From Octopus sinensis (lineage: Eukaryota): a DNA stretch of 64,000 nt. The stretch covers positions 61,814,001 to 61,878,000 of the forward strand of contig NC_042998.1 of the NCBI RefSeq assembly GCF_006345805.1. The letters are read 5' to 3'. The stretch's first letter is position 1. Every line of letters begins with the position of its first letter. Under the pieces are notes generated by a model, which worked only from the letters and a program-made list of their open reading frames with translations, was not told where the DNA came from and did no database searches. Shown here piece after piece: positions 40,578 to 54,350 of this stretch. The position numbers and the translations under genes were made by a program.

Positions 40578-43500
40578 AGAAATAGAATGGTTTGTTTGTC
40601 TTTTAATTGTAAAATAAGATCCCTTTTCTTATTTCTTTACTGCCCACAAGGGGCTACACACAGAGGGGACAGGCAAAGGGATTAAGTCGATTATATCGAC
40701 CCCAATGCATAACTGGTACTTATTTAATCGACCCCGAAAGGATGAAAGGCAAAGTCGACCTCGGCGGGATTTGAACTCAGAAAGTAGCGGCAGACGAAAT
40801 ACCGCTAAACATATCGCCCGGCGTGCTAACGTTTCTGCCATCTTGCCTCCTTTTCTTTTAGATGTGGTAACTTTTTAACCAAATTACACAATTTCGGGTA
40901 TTTTTCCTGAAATGGTTAGCTTTCTCAGTATTCTCCGCAAAATATAGTTTTTATGTGCTTCAGAATAGGGTTGCAGGAGAAGGAAGTCACACTTTAATGT
41001 TATCACAGTAGTTTGCAGGCTCGTTTCTGAATTTCAAAGTCAGAAAGAAGGATTTGTCCATTTCTCCTATGTTGTATGGTTCAACTGTGGAGGCGCAATA
41101 GCCTAGTGGTTACGGTAGCGGACTCGCGGTAGTAGGATCGCGGTTTCGATTCCCAGACTGGGCGTTGTGAGTATTTATTGAGCGAAAACAATGTTCCAAG
41201 AGGCTCTGGCTGCGGATGGTGGCGAACTCTGCTGTACTCTTTCACCACAACTTTCTTCCTGTTTCTGTTGTACCTCTATTTCAAAGGGCCAGCCTTGTCA
41301 CAGGCTTTTTCTCTGTCACGCTGAATCTCCCCGAGAACTACGTTAAGGGTACACATGTCTGTAGAGTACTCAGCCACTTGCACGTTAATTTCATGAGCAG
41401 GCTATTCCGTTGATTGGATCAACTAGAACCCTCGTTGCCGTAACTGACGGAGTGCCATACTACTATAGTTCAACTATAACTTGTTCATTCTGACGGCGTA
41501 TTGTAGAAGCACCAAATAGTCTCTGGTGCTTTTTACTTCTTTGAACATTTCTCAAATTAAGCAACACTGCCCTTCTTTCATGGCTTCGTTTTTTGTTTTT
41601 TTTCTGCGTTCTCGATATTCTGCTTGCTTTTCATTGTTCGTTTCTTTTGCCGCATTCAACTCCCCTCTCTTTCTCTCATTCTTTCTCCCCCTCTCTCTCT
41701 TTCTCTCTCGTTCCATATGTTCGGCTCACTATTTCCCTTCCATATCTTCGTATATTGATTTTCTCTTTTAGACTGTATTCTGCACTTTCGGTTGCAATTA
41801 TTCTGGCCTTTCTTCTTCGTCAATTTTGTTTAGAACGCAACTTTTTTTTTTTTTTTTGTCTTAGTCTAAAATGTCTCGTGTTGCTTCAAATTTCCATCTT
41901 GTTCCAAAATAAAAGTTTAAATAGGATGAGAAAATATAATTAAAAGTTTAAAACTTCGAAGGAATTTTAAAAAAAGAAAAGAAAAGATACCTTATAAAAG
42001 ACTGGTAATACTTTCCTTACAACAGATAAAAATAATAGTTCGAACGGAGTTGCTTCCCTTCAAAATCGTCCGTATCGTCTGCTTCCAGTCTTCCATTTTG
42101 TTCCATAACGAAGACTTGTTTAAATGTTAAATATAAATAAAATTTACAGAAGTGTAAACAGACAACGGAAACTAATAAAAGATACCAAGAAACTGTAATC
42201 CTTTCCATACTGTCTGCATGATTAACTACGACAGATAAAAATAATAATCGAAGAAGTTTGAGCAAAGTACCAGTGGAAATTGTACGTTTTTAAAATTTTC
42301 TAATTTGTATTTTGAAACATAAATTTATATAACTTCATGAAAACTGTTTCATTGATTGTCAAAGATTTTTAGGGCAATAAGATTGAATTTATATTAAAGA
42401 AAATTGTTTCTCCTTTCCATTGCCGAAAGTGTTAATTATGGTTTACTAATTTTTCTACCATTTGTAAGGCTCAGGTATGGCTGTGTGGTTAAGCAGTTTG
42501 TTTCCCAACAATTTTTCAGATTCAATGTCACCGCACACTAGTCTCAAGCTGTGATCAAAGTATTGTGTAGATTTGGTAGCTAGAAAATGAAGGTTCATAA
42601 TGTACATACATGTGTGTATCACTTTGTTTTGACATTATGTGATGATTGGCAATGTGTGTCACTGTTATATATTCAGAGTCTCTTATATCCAATCTTCTGT
42701 GAAAAACCTGTCTTGCAGTGAGGAAATATTACCGGCTGAGAAACTGGTGAGTGTTGGCAACAGGAATTGTATACATCCCTAGAATATCTGCCTCGTCAAA
42801 TTCCATCTGAACCATGCAAGTACAGAAACGTGGATGTTAAAAAAAATGATGTCCTTTACTCTTTTACTTGTTTCAGTCATTTGACTGTGGCCATGCTAAA
42901 GTACCACCTTTAGTCACGCAAATCGACCCCAAGACTTATTCTTTGTAAGTCTGTACTTATTCCATCGGTCTCTTTTGCCGAACTGCTAAGTTATGGTGAT
43001 GTAAGCACACAACCATAAGCTGTCAAGCAATGTTGGAGGGGACAAACACACACACACACACACAAACATATACACACACATACATATATATGTATAGATA
43101 TATACAATGGGCTTCTTTCAGTTTCCGTCGACCAAATCCACTCACAAAGCTTTGGTCTGCCTGAGGCTATAGAAGACACTTGCCTAAGGTGCCATACAAT
43201 GGGACTGAACCCGGAACCATGTGGTTCGTAAGCAAACTACTTACCACCAAGCCACTCCTATGATGTGGACTAAAAAAATAATGAAGTGGATGAAATATGC
43301 AGCTTTCTCATTTCCTTTCATATAAGAAAATGTGTATCTTCTGTGACGTCTGCCTGTATTTTTTTCTATTTTTCTTCAATTACAAATGGGAAATATGTTC
43401 CCTTATCTAATTTTCTTTTTTTATTTTCAATTATATTAGGAAAAAGTGTTCCCTTATTCAATTACAATAGGGAAATATGCTCTCCCCACCTCCTACATAC

Positions 43501-44540
43501 CACATGCTCAAAACATTATAAAAGATGAAAAAAAATATTTTCACTATTTACAAATGTTTTAATGATCTTAAAATGAATTTTTTTGTAATTTTATTTACAA
43601 ATGATTTAAATGTATGTTTGTTTTGTTTCTTTCTTGTTTGTTTTGTCTTTCTTTAAAACTTTCAATTGAAAAAAAAAATTGATACAATAAAGAACTTTTA
43701 ACCTTTAACCCTGTTGGTTAAAGACAGCTGACAAGTTTTATCAAATAAAAGTTTTAAAAAGCAAGGAAGAAAAATCAGCACCATATTAAATAAAGGACAA
43801 ATATTGGGAAATGATTCCTTTCCTCTTGTTAACACAAAAGAGTTCTATACCCAAAAAGATTGATAAAGTGTAGTTTGACCAATTAAAAACTACAAATGGA
43901 TGTGGAATAATAAACCAGTTCAATCCCAAATATTTGGCAGATTATAAATATTGGTTTCAAATTTTGACACAAGGTCATTGATTTGGGGGAGCGGGGTAAA
44001 GTCATTTACATCAACCCCAGTGCACAACTGGTACTTATTTTATTGACCCTGAAAGGATGAGAGGTGAAATCAACCTTGGCAGAATTTGAACCCAGAACGT
44101 AGAGACAAGCAAAATACTGCAAAGCATTTCGCCTGGCATGCTAACAGTTCTGCCAGCTCACTGCCTTAAATATCATAAGTGTTACACTACTGGAGTTAGT
44201 AAAATTACAAAGAGTTTGTTTTGTTTTTGCTTTTGTTGTTTTTTTTTATGCTAGATGATATTTCAACAATTACCAAAACTTTTCAACTTAAGCTGAATTT
44301 AATTTCCTTTCAAATAATTTTTGAAATATCTTTTTTAAATATATTTCTGCTTCAAAATGAAGCCAATTGGAATTATGAAAATAAAATGCAAAATATAAGA
44401 ATTATTTTGAAATTGGTTAAATATGAAATAGTAACCCCATAGTAACTTTTATTACTATTTTTCTGTTTTTGTTTCAGATTTTAACACTAAAATTCTGTTA
44501 TAGTCGCAAAGAGTTTAAAAAATATACAAAACAAAAAACT

Positions 44541-44900
44541 ATTGAAGATGCACTTGGGTTTTAAAAGAAATTTTGGTTTATTATTAATTTCATTTTTAAT
44601 TTATCAAAAAACCATATCAGCTTCAACAATTTTCTATTTTTCAATGGTACATAAATATATGCACAAGAAAATACATCAAAGCAATAAAACAGGCTCAAAT
44701 ATCAAATGTTCAAAGTATTGAGTATGTTTTATTGGTATGAAACTTTTTTGTACATTCTCTTTCTTTTACATTTTTATCTTATTTTATATTTATTTACCAT
44801 TGAAAAGCTAACATTGTTGAAACCAGTATAGTATTTTGATAGATTAAAAAAGATCTTTAAAAAAAACCAAATCTGTTTTAAAACCTGGTGCATTTTCAAC
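44541..44900. repeat. Old inverted repeat whose arms carry hammerhead-like relics
   Basis: ATGCAC..GGTTTTAAAA / TTTTAAAACC..GTGCAT. The right arm has ACCA-TTGAAAA...GAAAC-CAGTA-TAGT at 44796-44832. Confidence 0.6.
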
Positions 44901-46543
44901 CCACAAACCAATTTTCTTACATATAAATGCAATGAAATATTCAATACATCTGAATGAAAACTAACTTTATATAAGTTTGTTTGTGACTAGCTTACAGTTT
45001 CATGATCCTGTTTCAGTCCTTTATGTTTTAACAAAACTGCCAAGGTTTGAAAAAAGTAGAACAAGACTGAATCAAGATTTAAATTTTGCTTCAATTCTGT
45101 AAACCAGCTGCAAATAAACCACACACACACACACGAGCACATCAGTGCAAAACAAAGAAGAGGAAATAGTACTTAAATCTCAAAGGTAGAGTAAAATAGT
45201 TATTTACTGAAGCTCAAAAGATTTCACAAACTGTCACTAAGAATTTCATGTAACCACTCTTTTACATGAAACTCTAACAGTTTGTGAAATCCTTTCGGCT
45301 TTCACACACACACACACACACATCCCAAAAGTAAATAGACACCCCTCATTTTATATATATATAAATATATACATAAATGGTGAACAAGAACGATCAAAAA
45401 GAAATGAACAAGAATTATGTTGCATTGGCATCAAAAAGATAAATTCCAAATTACTAAGATATGAAGACAAATTCCTCACATTCAAAGGAGGAATATTCCA
45501 AAAGCCAAAAAGCAATATCAAGGCCAATTATATACACAGGAATGGTAATTATCTCAAACAGAAAATATAACTACATAAAAAAAAGCAAGTCTTGTGATAT
45601 TTTAAAGCCACAGCCAAATTCTAAAACAGGCTATCTTTTCTGAACAATAAAATATACCTTCCTGTGTACGCTTCTTTATATTACACATATGTATATCTAC
45701 ACATACATAAGTATATATGTAACTGTGTGTTTTTATATATATATATATATATATGCATACATATGTATCTATACATATATATAAATTTTTTTCTTTACAC
45801 ACACACACATAGTTCAAAAACATACATACACATTTATACACACACATATAATACATAAATATATACATATGTACACACATACACATTTAAATATATATTT
45901 ATATATGTGCGTATACCTGTAGATATAAACATGTCTGTGTGCAGACTATATATATATAAAATATTATATATAATACATATATATACATATACACACACAT
46001 TATATATCATGAACTACAGTAATCAAGACAGATAGCCCAGTAAGCTGGCGTTGTGCTGATATAAATTATCCATTTCCTGAGAACATTAAAAAATTAATGA
46101 ATGAAGTCAAAGTATCAAAGAATCTCTCTTCATTAAAACTGACAATTTCTGGTGTTAATTAATGGCCAAAGTCTACAAAGTTCTAAACAAAAATAAAGAA
46201 TTTAGCAAGGAATTTTGCCACATTTCTTCTTTCTAAATAGAACCTTTTTTTTTATTTTATAAAAAAACGAAAAGAAAAAATCTATTAATCTGTGAAAAAT
46301 ATGAAATATATATTTCTGGTTTGTTTACAAGCAGAAGACAATGATAGCAATTTCAAGCCAGTATTTACTCAGATCATTTAAATACGAGAAGTGTTGGTAA
46401 GGTAACAAGTTCAAACCCATGATACTGCAGAATAAACTACAGCAAATTCTTAGAATGAGTTTCAGTGACTAGGTTTAAAACATCAGTATCAAGTCCAGTT
46501 GAAGTGTATGACAAATCAGAAGACCTAATGCAAGTAAATGATA

Positions 46544-46589
<46 letters not shown>

Positions 46590-47455
46590 GGGTGTGTGTG
46601 TGTTAAGTGTTGACTGTTGGAAGAAAGTGTACTCAATACCACAGAAGAGATTAATAATATTTTAATTTTGGTCGGGACAATTTCTTACTACACGTGAGTT
46701 CCATCAGGGTTTTCACAGGGTCACCAGGCAAAACTCCAGAGTAGCAGATGACTTGACCAAAATTACATATGCATATACTGATGGAGAAGAGTACTAGCAT
46801 TCCATGTGGTAGGTTGAGAAATTTCTCGTAGCATAAAACCAATGGTAGCCTCGTTTACCCACAATTAAAGAATATTTATCTATCAATGTGGTATTGAGCA
46901 CTCAGTTTCACTGTTCAATATTAGCATAAATATATATGTATGTATGTATGTTCACATATGGCTTTGCAAACCCATCAAAAGCTCGCAAGTATGATAACAG
47001 CAGGTATAGAAAAGATGGTGAAGTAATCTAATGAAGTCGTATAAATTACAGACTCAAATGAAAATGTGCCTGCATAACACAGTCTGTAAGTATTTATATG
47101 TGGATACATATGTAAGTAAGATGTGCGTATGAAATGCGTTCGGATGAGCATGCAAGCATGCACAACACAGACATGGGATGGAGACAAATTTTTTTACATA
47201 ATTGATTTTTTTCTTTTTTGATACAGATATTATTCTGGGCTCCCATTCAGATGAAAAAAAAAATAATAATAATAATAACTTTGGAGATAATTTTGGTAGT
47301 TTTCTGTCAAGTGACAAGATGATAAAATTAAGACGAACAAACAACATATATTTAAAATAGAGAAATTAACAACAGTAGTGAAGTTTAAAACAAAAAAATT
47401 ATTAAATTTGTTGTCAAATATCAACTATAAAATCTTAATTATTTATACCCATTAA

Positions 47456-47666
47456 CCCTTTAGCATTAAAACTGGCCCAAAAATTCTACCTGTTTTATAT
47501 TCAAACTGGCCAGATCCAGCCTCTCACACCTACCCTACAATGTCATTCTAAAAATAAACAATCACATCATTGAAATCTCAAAGCTAAGAGATAACGAATG
47601 ATTAATTTTTTAAAAATGCGAATAAATAAGTTTTACATTCGGCAGAGTAATCTGAATGCTAAAGAG
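47456..47666. mobile_element. piggyBac-type MITE
   Basis: TTAA|CCCTTTAGCATT ... AATGCTAAAGAG|TTAA. Confidence 0.85.
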
Positions 47667-48586
47667 TTAAATATCTGATGGTTTTTATGAAGAAGCTTTG
47701 CAATATTGTCCAAACAATGGTTTCTACGAAGCTCTGGATATCTTAAATATCCAACACAATTTACAAAACTCTGGGATTTTATTCCAATAACTAAATGATG
47801 GTTTCTCTGAAGCTCTGGAGATATTAAAAATCCGACTGGATGTATGAAACCCAGAGAAATTATTCAATAGCAGATGATTCCGATGAAGAAATTCTAAGGA
47901 TTTTTCCCTTGTTTATCTCAAACTCAAGTTCTCGATGTTTTTTTGTTGGGTTTTCTTTTTAAGGTCTTTTTGTTTCTATTTTTTTTCCCCTCTTCATAAT
48001 TCAAATAGAAGAGGAAAAAATGAAAAAAATGAAAAAAGAAAAATAACAAAGAACAGAATAAAGACAATTTACTTTTAGAAAATTTGATAAAAGTTCAGAT
48101 GATATAAATTGGACTCTGCAAATATTAACATAGTTTTAATTTCGTTTTGTAAACCACTTTTTTTTTTCAACTTATTTTTTTTTAAATTTCTTCTTTTATC
48201 TCTTATTATCAGCAACATTTAAAAAAAAATGTTGAAGAAAAAAAAAAAACAAAGAATGTACATGTACACACATGTTGCATACATGTGTTATTAGTATGTT
48301 TTGTGTGTGCGTGGTAATTAAGTGATGTGGAGGTATGAAAACTCAATCAAATATATTTCTTTAAAAAAAAAAAAAAAGACATGTTCTAACACCATTACTT
48401 TGGTGCAACACAAAGTTTGGCAGTCTTTTCTTTCTTTGTTTTTGGTTTCTTTTCATGTTTTTGCTGTTTTTTTTGGCCATTGGTGGCTTGGTGGCTTTCA
48501 ACTAGATATATCTTATTACTAAAATTTCAAAATTTTCTAGAGTTTATTTTATCATATATACATATATATTTTATAATATACAATGT

Positions 48587-48620
<34 letters not shown>

Positions 48621-48820
48621 ATCTATATATATATATACATACATACATAAATACATACATACATACATACATATATATATATACACACACTTAATTTATA
48701 TATATATACACACATATATATCTATTTATATATTATATACTATACATGTGTTTTACAAATATATGATACAAATATATAGTATATGATAAATATGTGTGTA
48801 TATGTATGTATGTATGTATA

Positions 48821-48878
<58 letters not shown>

Positions 48879-48882
48879 CATA

Positions 48883-48930
<48 letters not shown>

Positions 48931-49090
48931 GTATGTATGAATGAATACATACATACACACATATATGATGTAAGCAAATATTTGGAATTCGTTCTTTCAG
49001 TTGTGGCCACCGACAAAAAATTTTTAAAAAAAAGGAAATTTCTGACTGCATCACCTCACTTGTTTCACATCATAAAAGCAGTCCACCAAA

Positions 49091-49195
49091 TCATCTTTGC
49101 TCTGCCTTGTGTTTAGGGGGACGAAACAAACCTTTGGCTTTTTTGCCACCTGCCTTCCAATTTCGCCAGCTGTTGACACGTTCTTTACGACTTTC
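49091..49195 (-). CDS. DNAJC8: DNAJC8 last coding exon
   Basis: ttgcAG acceptor, then ESRKERVNSWRNWKAGGKKAKGLFRPPKHKAEQR* (compare ESRDGRVDSWRNF...RPPKVKMEQRE). Confidence 0.94.
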   Translation of the reverse strand, partial: ESRKERVNSWRNWKAGGKKAKGLFRPPKHKAEQR

Positions 49196-50059
49196 CTGCA
49201 AATAAAATAAACCATGATCAATTGATCATCATCCAATATTCAAAGTGATAGATTTTATCTCTTACTTGTTTCAATCATTAAATTAAGGCCATGTTTAGGC
49301 ATTGCCTTGTAGAATTTTTAGCCGAATGAAGCAACCCCAGGCCTAATTTTTTTTAAAGCCTGGTCTTATCTTATACATCTCTTTTGCCAAACTGTTAAGT
49401 TATGGGGATGTAAACACACCAACAGTGGTTGTCAAGTGGTGGTGAGGGAAACAAACATGCACATACACAAAAGGCTTCTTTCAGCTTCTGTCTATCAAAT
49501 CCAATCACAAGGCTTTAGTGAGCACGAGGCTATAGAAGACACTTGTCCAATGTCTTGTGGCAGATTTTCTATGGCTGGATGCCCTTCCTATTGCCAAGCC
49601 CTACGGTTTCCAAGTCAAGTGATATTTCTCCATGACCAGACATGTTTTTATGGAAGATTGAAACTGAAGAATGCTGCTTGCATGACGGTGATACAACTCT
49701 CAAGCAATATAAAGGCAAAGAGATGGTAACAGATACATGCACATATACACATAGGACAGACCTCTTTTTAGTCTCCACCAACAAAATCCACTCACAAGGG
49801 TTGGTTAGTTCAAGCCTAAAGTAGAAGACACGTGCCCAAGATGCCAAGCAGTGAGACTGAAACCAAAACTATGAGCTGGGGAAGTAAATTTCTTACCGTG
49901 CAGCCACACATCACACACAAGGTCCAGCAGAGCATAAGTGTGTATAACTTCTTGCAAGTACAATTGCTTAGATTCAAGAGACTAACTGTAAATTCATGGC
50001 TACATACATACATATATATACATATATATAAATATATATATACATAGATATATATATAC

Positions 50060-50090
<31 letters not shown>

Positions 50091-50099
50091 CACATATAT

Positions 50100-51228
50100 C
50101 ACCTTGATCACCTTGACCGACCAGTCCGTCAGGCGTCCATTTGACACCGCTGGTCACAGCACGCTGTCTACTCCTCTCTGGATCGCGCCTTTCTCATCCA
50201 CGTCATCCCAATCCAATCGTCCTCCTGAAATCGTAACTCCACCGTCGTGGAGGTCTTCCAGGTGGTCTTTTCCGCTCACGCGGGTACCACTCGACAACTG
50301 CGTGCGTCCACTGATTATCGGTGAGCCGGGCGACGTGCCCAGCCCATCTATACTAGCTGCGTGTATACTCTGCGATGACATCTCCCACGCCGGACTTCTT
50401 TCTGATAATCTTGCTACTTATGTGCTCTCTCAACGAGATACCAAGCATTGACCTTCCCATGGCTATTTGAGCCGTTACCAGTCTTTGCTCTTCTCTCTTT
50501 GTGGTAGCCCATGTTTCACTACCATACAGCACAATGGACCATATATTTACTCTAACACAACTGCTTGAGCGAAAAAATGAGTACAAGCTGCCTCTTTGTG
50601 TTGCGTTTATAGATTATGAGAAGGCCTTTGATAGCGTCGAAGGAATCGAAACGCAATATGTGCAGCTGCTCAGAGGCAAATTCCGGATGCACCACCGACA
50701 TAGCTCTACTGTCATCACCCATACGAGTGCCGGTCGAGAAGGGAGTGAAACAAGGAGATACAATCTCCCCAAAACTTTTCACTGCATGTCTCGAACAGAT
50801 CATCAGAGGCATCGACTGGCAAGGTGGTGTCAACATCAATGGCGAGCTCCTCACTCACTTCCGTTTCGCTGACGACATCGTACTCATCGCTGAAAACATG
50901 GATCAGCTTCAGACCATGCTGACGGAGCTCGACATCAAAAATTCTGCAGTAGGTCTCAAGATGAACCGCATGAAAACAAAGTTCATGCGGTCAGACAATG
51001 TACCAACAGGTCGAATGGTGATCGGCAGTGATAAAATAGAGGAGGTGAGGGAATTTGTCTACCTGGGACAGGAAGTAAATATGTGCCGGGATATCAAAAA
51101 GGAGATCTCACGGAGAGTAAGGGCCGGATGGAAGGCATTCAATAGCATAAGGGATGTGCTCAAGGGAAGGTTGGACAAGACCACCCGCGCCAACCTCATT
51201 AACAGTGCAGTTCTGCCTGCAATGTTAT
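50100..51228. mobile_element. RTE LINE fragment with 5' inversion
   Basis: The + strand carries RT (FIDYEKAFD, GVKQGD.ISP.LF, FADD) to ...PAMLY. The - strand carries the continuation YGSETW... to a (CAAGGTGAT)n tail. Confidence 0.88.
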
Positions 51229-51250
51229 ATACACATATATATATATATAT

Positions 51251-52912
51251 ATCATCATCATTTAGCATCCGCTTTCCATGCTAGCATGGGTTGGACGGGT
51301 CAACTGGGGTCTGTGAAGCTGGAAGGCTTCGTCAGGCCCAGTCAGATCTGGCAGTGTTTCTACAACTGGATGCCCTTCCTAACGCCAACCACTCTGCGAG
51401 TGTAGTGGGTGTTTTTTACGTGCCACCTGCACAGGTGCCAGACAGAGCTGGCAAACGGCCATGAACGGATGGTGCTTTTACGTGTCACCGGCACAGGGCC
51501 AGGCGATGCTGGCAACGGACACGAACGGACGGTGCTTTTACGTGTCACCGGCATGGGGGCCAGCCGAGGCTGGCAACGGACACGAACGGATGGTGCTTTT
51601 ACGTGCCACCGACACGGTTGCCAGACAGAGCTGGCACACGGCCACGAACGGACGGTGCTTTTACGTGTCACCGGCACGGGGGCCAGCCGAGGCTGGCAAC
51701 GGACACGAACAGATGGTGCTTTTACATGCCACCGACACGGGGCCAGACAGAGCTGGCAAACGGCCACGAACGGACGGTGCTTTTACGTGTCACCGGCACG
51801 GGGCCAGGCAAGGCTGGCAGCGAACACGAACGGATGGTGCTTTTACGTGCCACTGACACGGGGGCCAGACAGAGCTGGCAAACGGCCACGAGCGAATGGT
51901 GCTTTTACATATCACCGACACGGGTGCCAGACGAGGCTGACAGCGGACACGAACGGATGGGTCACTTAACCCCTTATTTCTGATATATGATTTGATTTTG
52001 ATTGTTCTCACTGGTCTTGCCGGGTCTTCTGACGCACAGCATACTTCCATAGGTCTCGGTCTCTGGTCATTTCCTTGGTGAGACGTAGAGTTCGAAGGTC
52101 GTGCTTCACCACCTCGACCCAGGTTTTCCTGGGTCTACCTCTTCCACAGGTCCCCTCAACTGCCAGGGTGTGGCACTTTTTCACACACCTATCTTCATCC
52201 ATTCTCGCCACATGACCATACCAGCGCAATCGTCTCTCTTGCACACAACATCTGATGCCTCTTAGGTCCAACTTTTCTCTCAAGGTACTTACACTCTGTC
52301 GACTATGAACACTGACATTACACATCCAACGGAGCATACTAGCTTCATTTCTCGCGAGCTTACGCATGTCCTCAGCAGTCACGGCCCATGTTTCACTGCC
52401 ATGTAGCATGGCTGTTCGTACACATGCATCATACAGTCTGCCTTTTACTCTGAGCGAGAGGCCTTTAGTCACCAACAGAGGTAAGAGCTCCCTAAACTTT
52501 GCCCAGGCTATTCTTACTCGAGCCGTTACACTTTCAGCACACCCACCCCCACTACTGACTTGGTCACCAAGATAACGGAAGCTATCAACTACTACTAGTT
52601 TTTCCCCCTGGAAAGTGACGGAAGTTGTTTTCTGCAGATTTTCAGAGGTTAATGCTCCCGAGCATCTGCCACATACAAAAACCATCTTCCTAGTTAGCCT
52701 TCCTATGACATTGCTGCACCTCTTATGTGTCTATAGCTTACACTTGGTGCATCTTATAGAGTTTCTACCTACACCTTTTCTACAGATCGAGCAGGGCCAT
52801 CTACCTGAAGGCGTTTGTGATTTGTCTACCTTCCTACTTATTACGACTTTGGTTTTAGCTAGGTTGACTCTAAGGCCCTTCGATTCTAAACCTTGCTTCC
52901 ACACCTGAAACT
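51251..52912 (-). mobile_element. RTE LINE 3' part (second family)
   Basis: FRYLG, HGSETW, RLRWYGHV and RGRPRKTW motifs. The 3' UTR holds a ~60-bp tandem array and a (TGA)n tail. Confidence 0.9.
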
Positions 52913-52940
52913 TATATATATGTATGTATGTATATATATA

Positions 52941-53005
<65 letters not shown>

Positions 53006-53719
53006 CACATATACACACATATATATATACATATTTTTTATTATACATATATATATATACATATATACATACATATACATACATATATACATACATACAT
53101 ACATATACACACATATATATATATATATATATATACATATTTTTATATATACATATATATATACATACATATATACATACATATACATACATATACACAT
53201 ACATATATATATATATTATATATATATACATATATACATATATATATACATATATACATATATACATACATATATACATATATATATACATATATATATA
53301 TACATATATACATACATATATATACATACATACATATATATATATATATACATATATACATACATATAAACATACATATATACATATATACATACATACA
53401 TACATACATATATATACATACATACATATATATATATACACATACATACATATACACATACATACATACATATATATATAAATGTGATGCTACCCTCAAA
53501 GGTACCACATGCACAGGATAATAGCAAATGTCTTCTAAATCCAGTCTATATCTTTGCCAACCTTAATCACAACTCCTCTGACACAGAGTACCTAGGAAAT
53601 GGTTACAAGACATACACATAAACAGACTGAACTCCTGTCTGAAGGAATATAAATATCTACACTGCTTAAATACATACTACGCACACACACATCTGGTCCA
53701 CAGTGTCTAGACAACTTAC

Positions 53720-53795
53720 TTCATAGTTTTTCTGCCATTCTGCTTCAACTTTTCTTTTTTCTGCATCTAAAATTTCTTCTTCTGCTTTCCTCTTC
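53720..53795 (-). CDS. DNAJC8: DNAJC8 penultimate coding exon
   Basis: Flanked by tacAG and GTAAGT, 76 nt, KRKAEEEILDAEKRKVEAEWQKNYE. Phases are consistent with both neighbours. Confidence 0.93.
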
Positions 53796-53894
53796 CTGTA
53801 ATGTGATACACATTAACCAATGAAAATATATATCATAATTAATCAATAAAAATACATACACAATATAAAATAAATCATTCCTAACGATGGAACT

Positions 53895-54350
53895 CATCAT
53901 CATCGTTTAACGTCTGCTTTCCATGCTAGCACGGGTTGGACGGTTCGACCGGGGTCTGGGAAGCCAGAAGGCTGCATCAGGCCCAGTCTGATCTGGCAGT
54001 GTTTCTACAGCTGGATGCCCTTCCTAACGCCAACCACTCCGTGAGTGTAGTGGGTGCTTTTTACATGCCACCGGCACAGGTGCCAGACGAGGCTGGCAAC
54101 AGCCACGATAGGTTGGTGGTTTTTACGTGCCACCGGCACGGAGGCCAGTCGAGGTGGCGCTGGCAACGGCCGCGTTCGGATGGTTCTCTTATGTGCCACC
54201 AGCACTGATATCACAATTACAATTTCCATAGATTTTTTATCAATTTCCATTTCACTTGCCTCAACAGGTCTTCGCAAGCAGAGTTTTGAGTCCTAAGAAG
54301 GAAAGGTATGCATAAGTGGACTGGCTACATCCCAGGTAAAGGCCACGGGT
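53895..54350 (-). mobile_element. RTE 3' UTR fragment (others at 57030-57545 + and 60950-61325 -)
   Basis: Shares the GTTGGCGTTAGGAAGGGCATCCAGC...CCATGCTAGCATGGAAA-(TGA)n type of tail. Confidence 0.8.

Noticed and set aside
41540-42270. Charged R/E-rich minus-strand reading and an 82-aa ORF
   Set aside because: Fragmented, with no recognisable domain or consistent splice sites. A Helitron relic is only a guess.
46670-46730. Additional hammerhead-like fragments (also ~7920, ~32550 and the gap edge at 7572)
   Set aside because: The core or stems are too degenerate or truncated to call.
51405-51960. CRISPR-like array
   Set aside because: There are no unique spacers, the context is eukaryotic, and it is part of a LINE 3' UTR.
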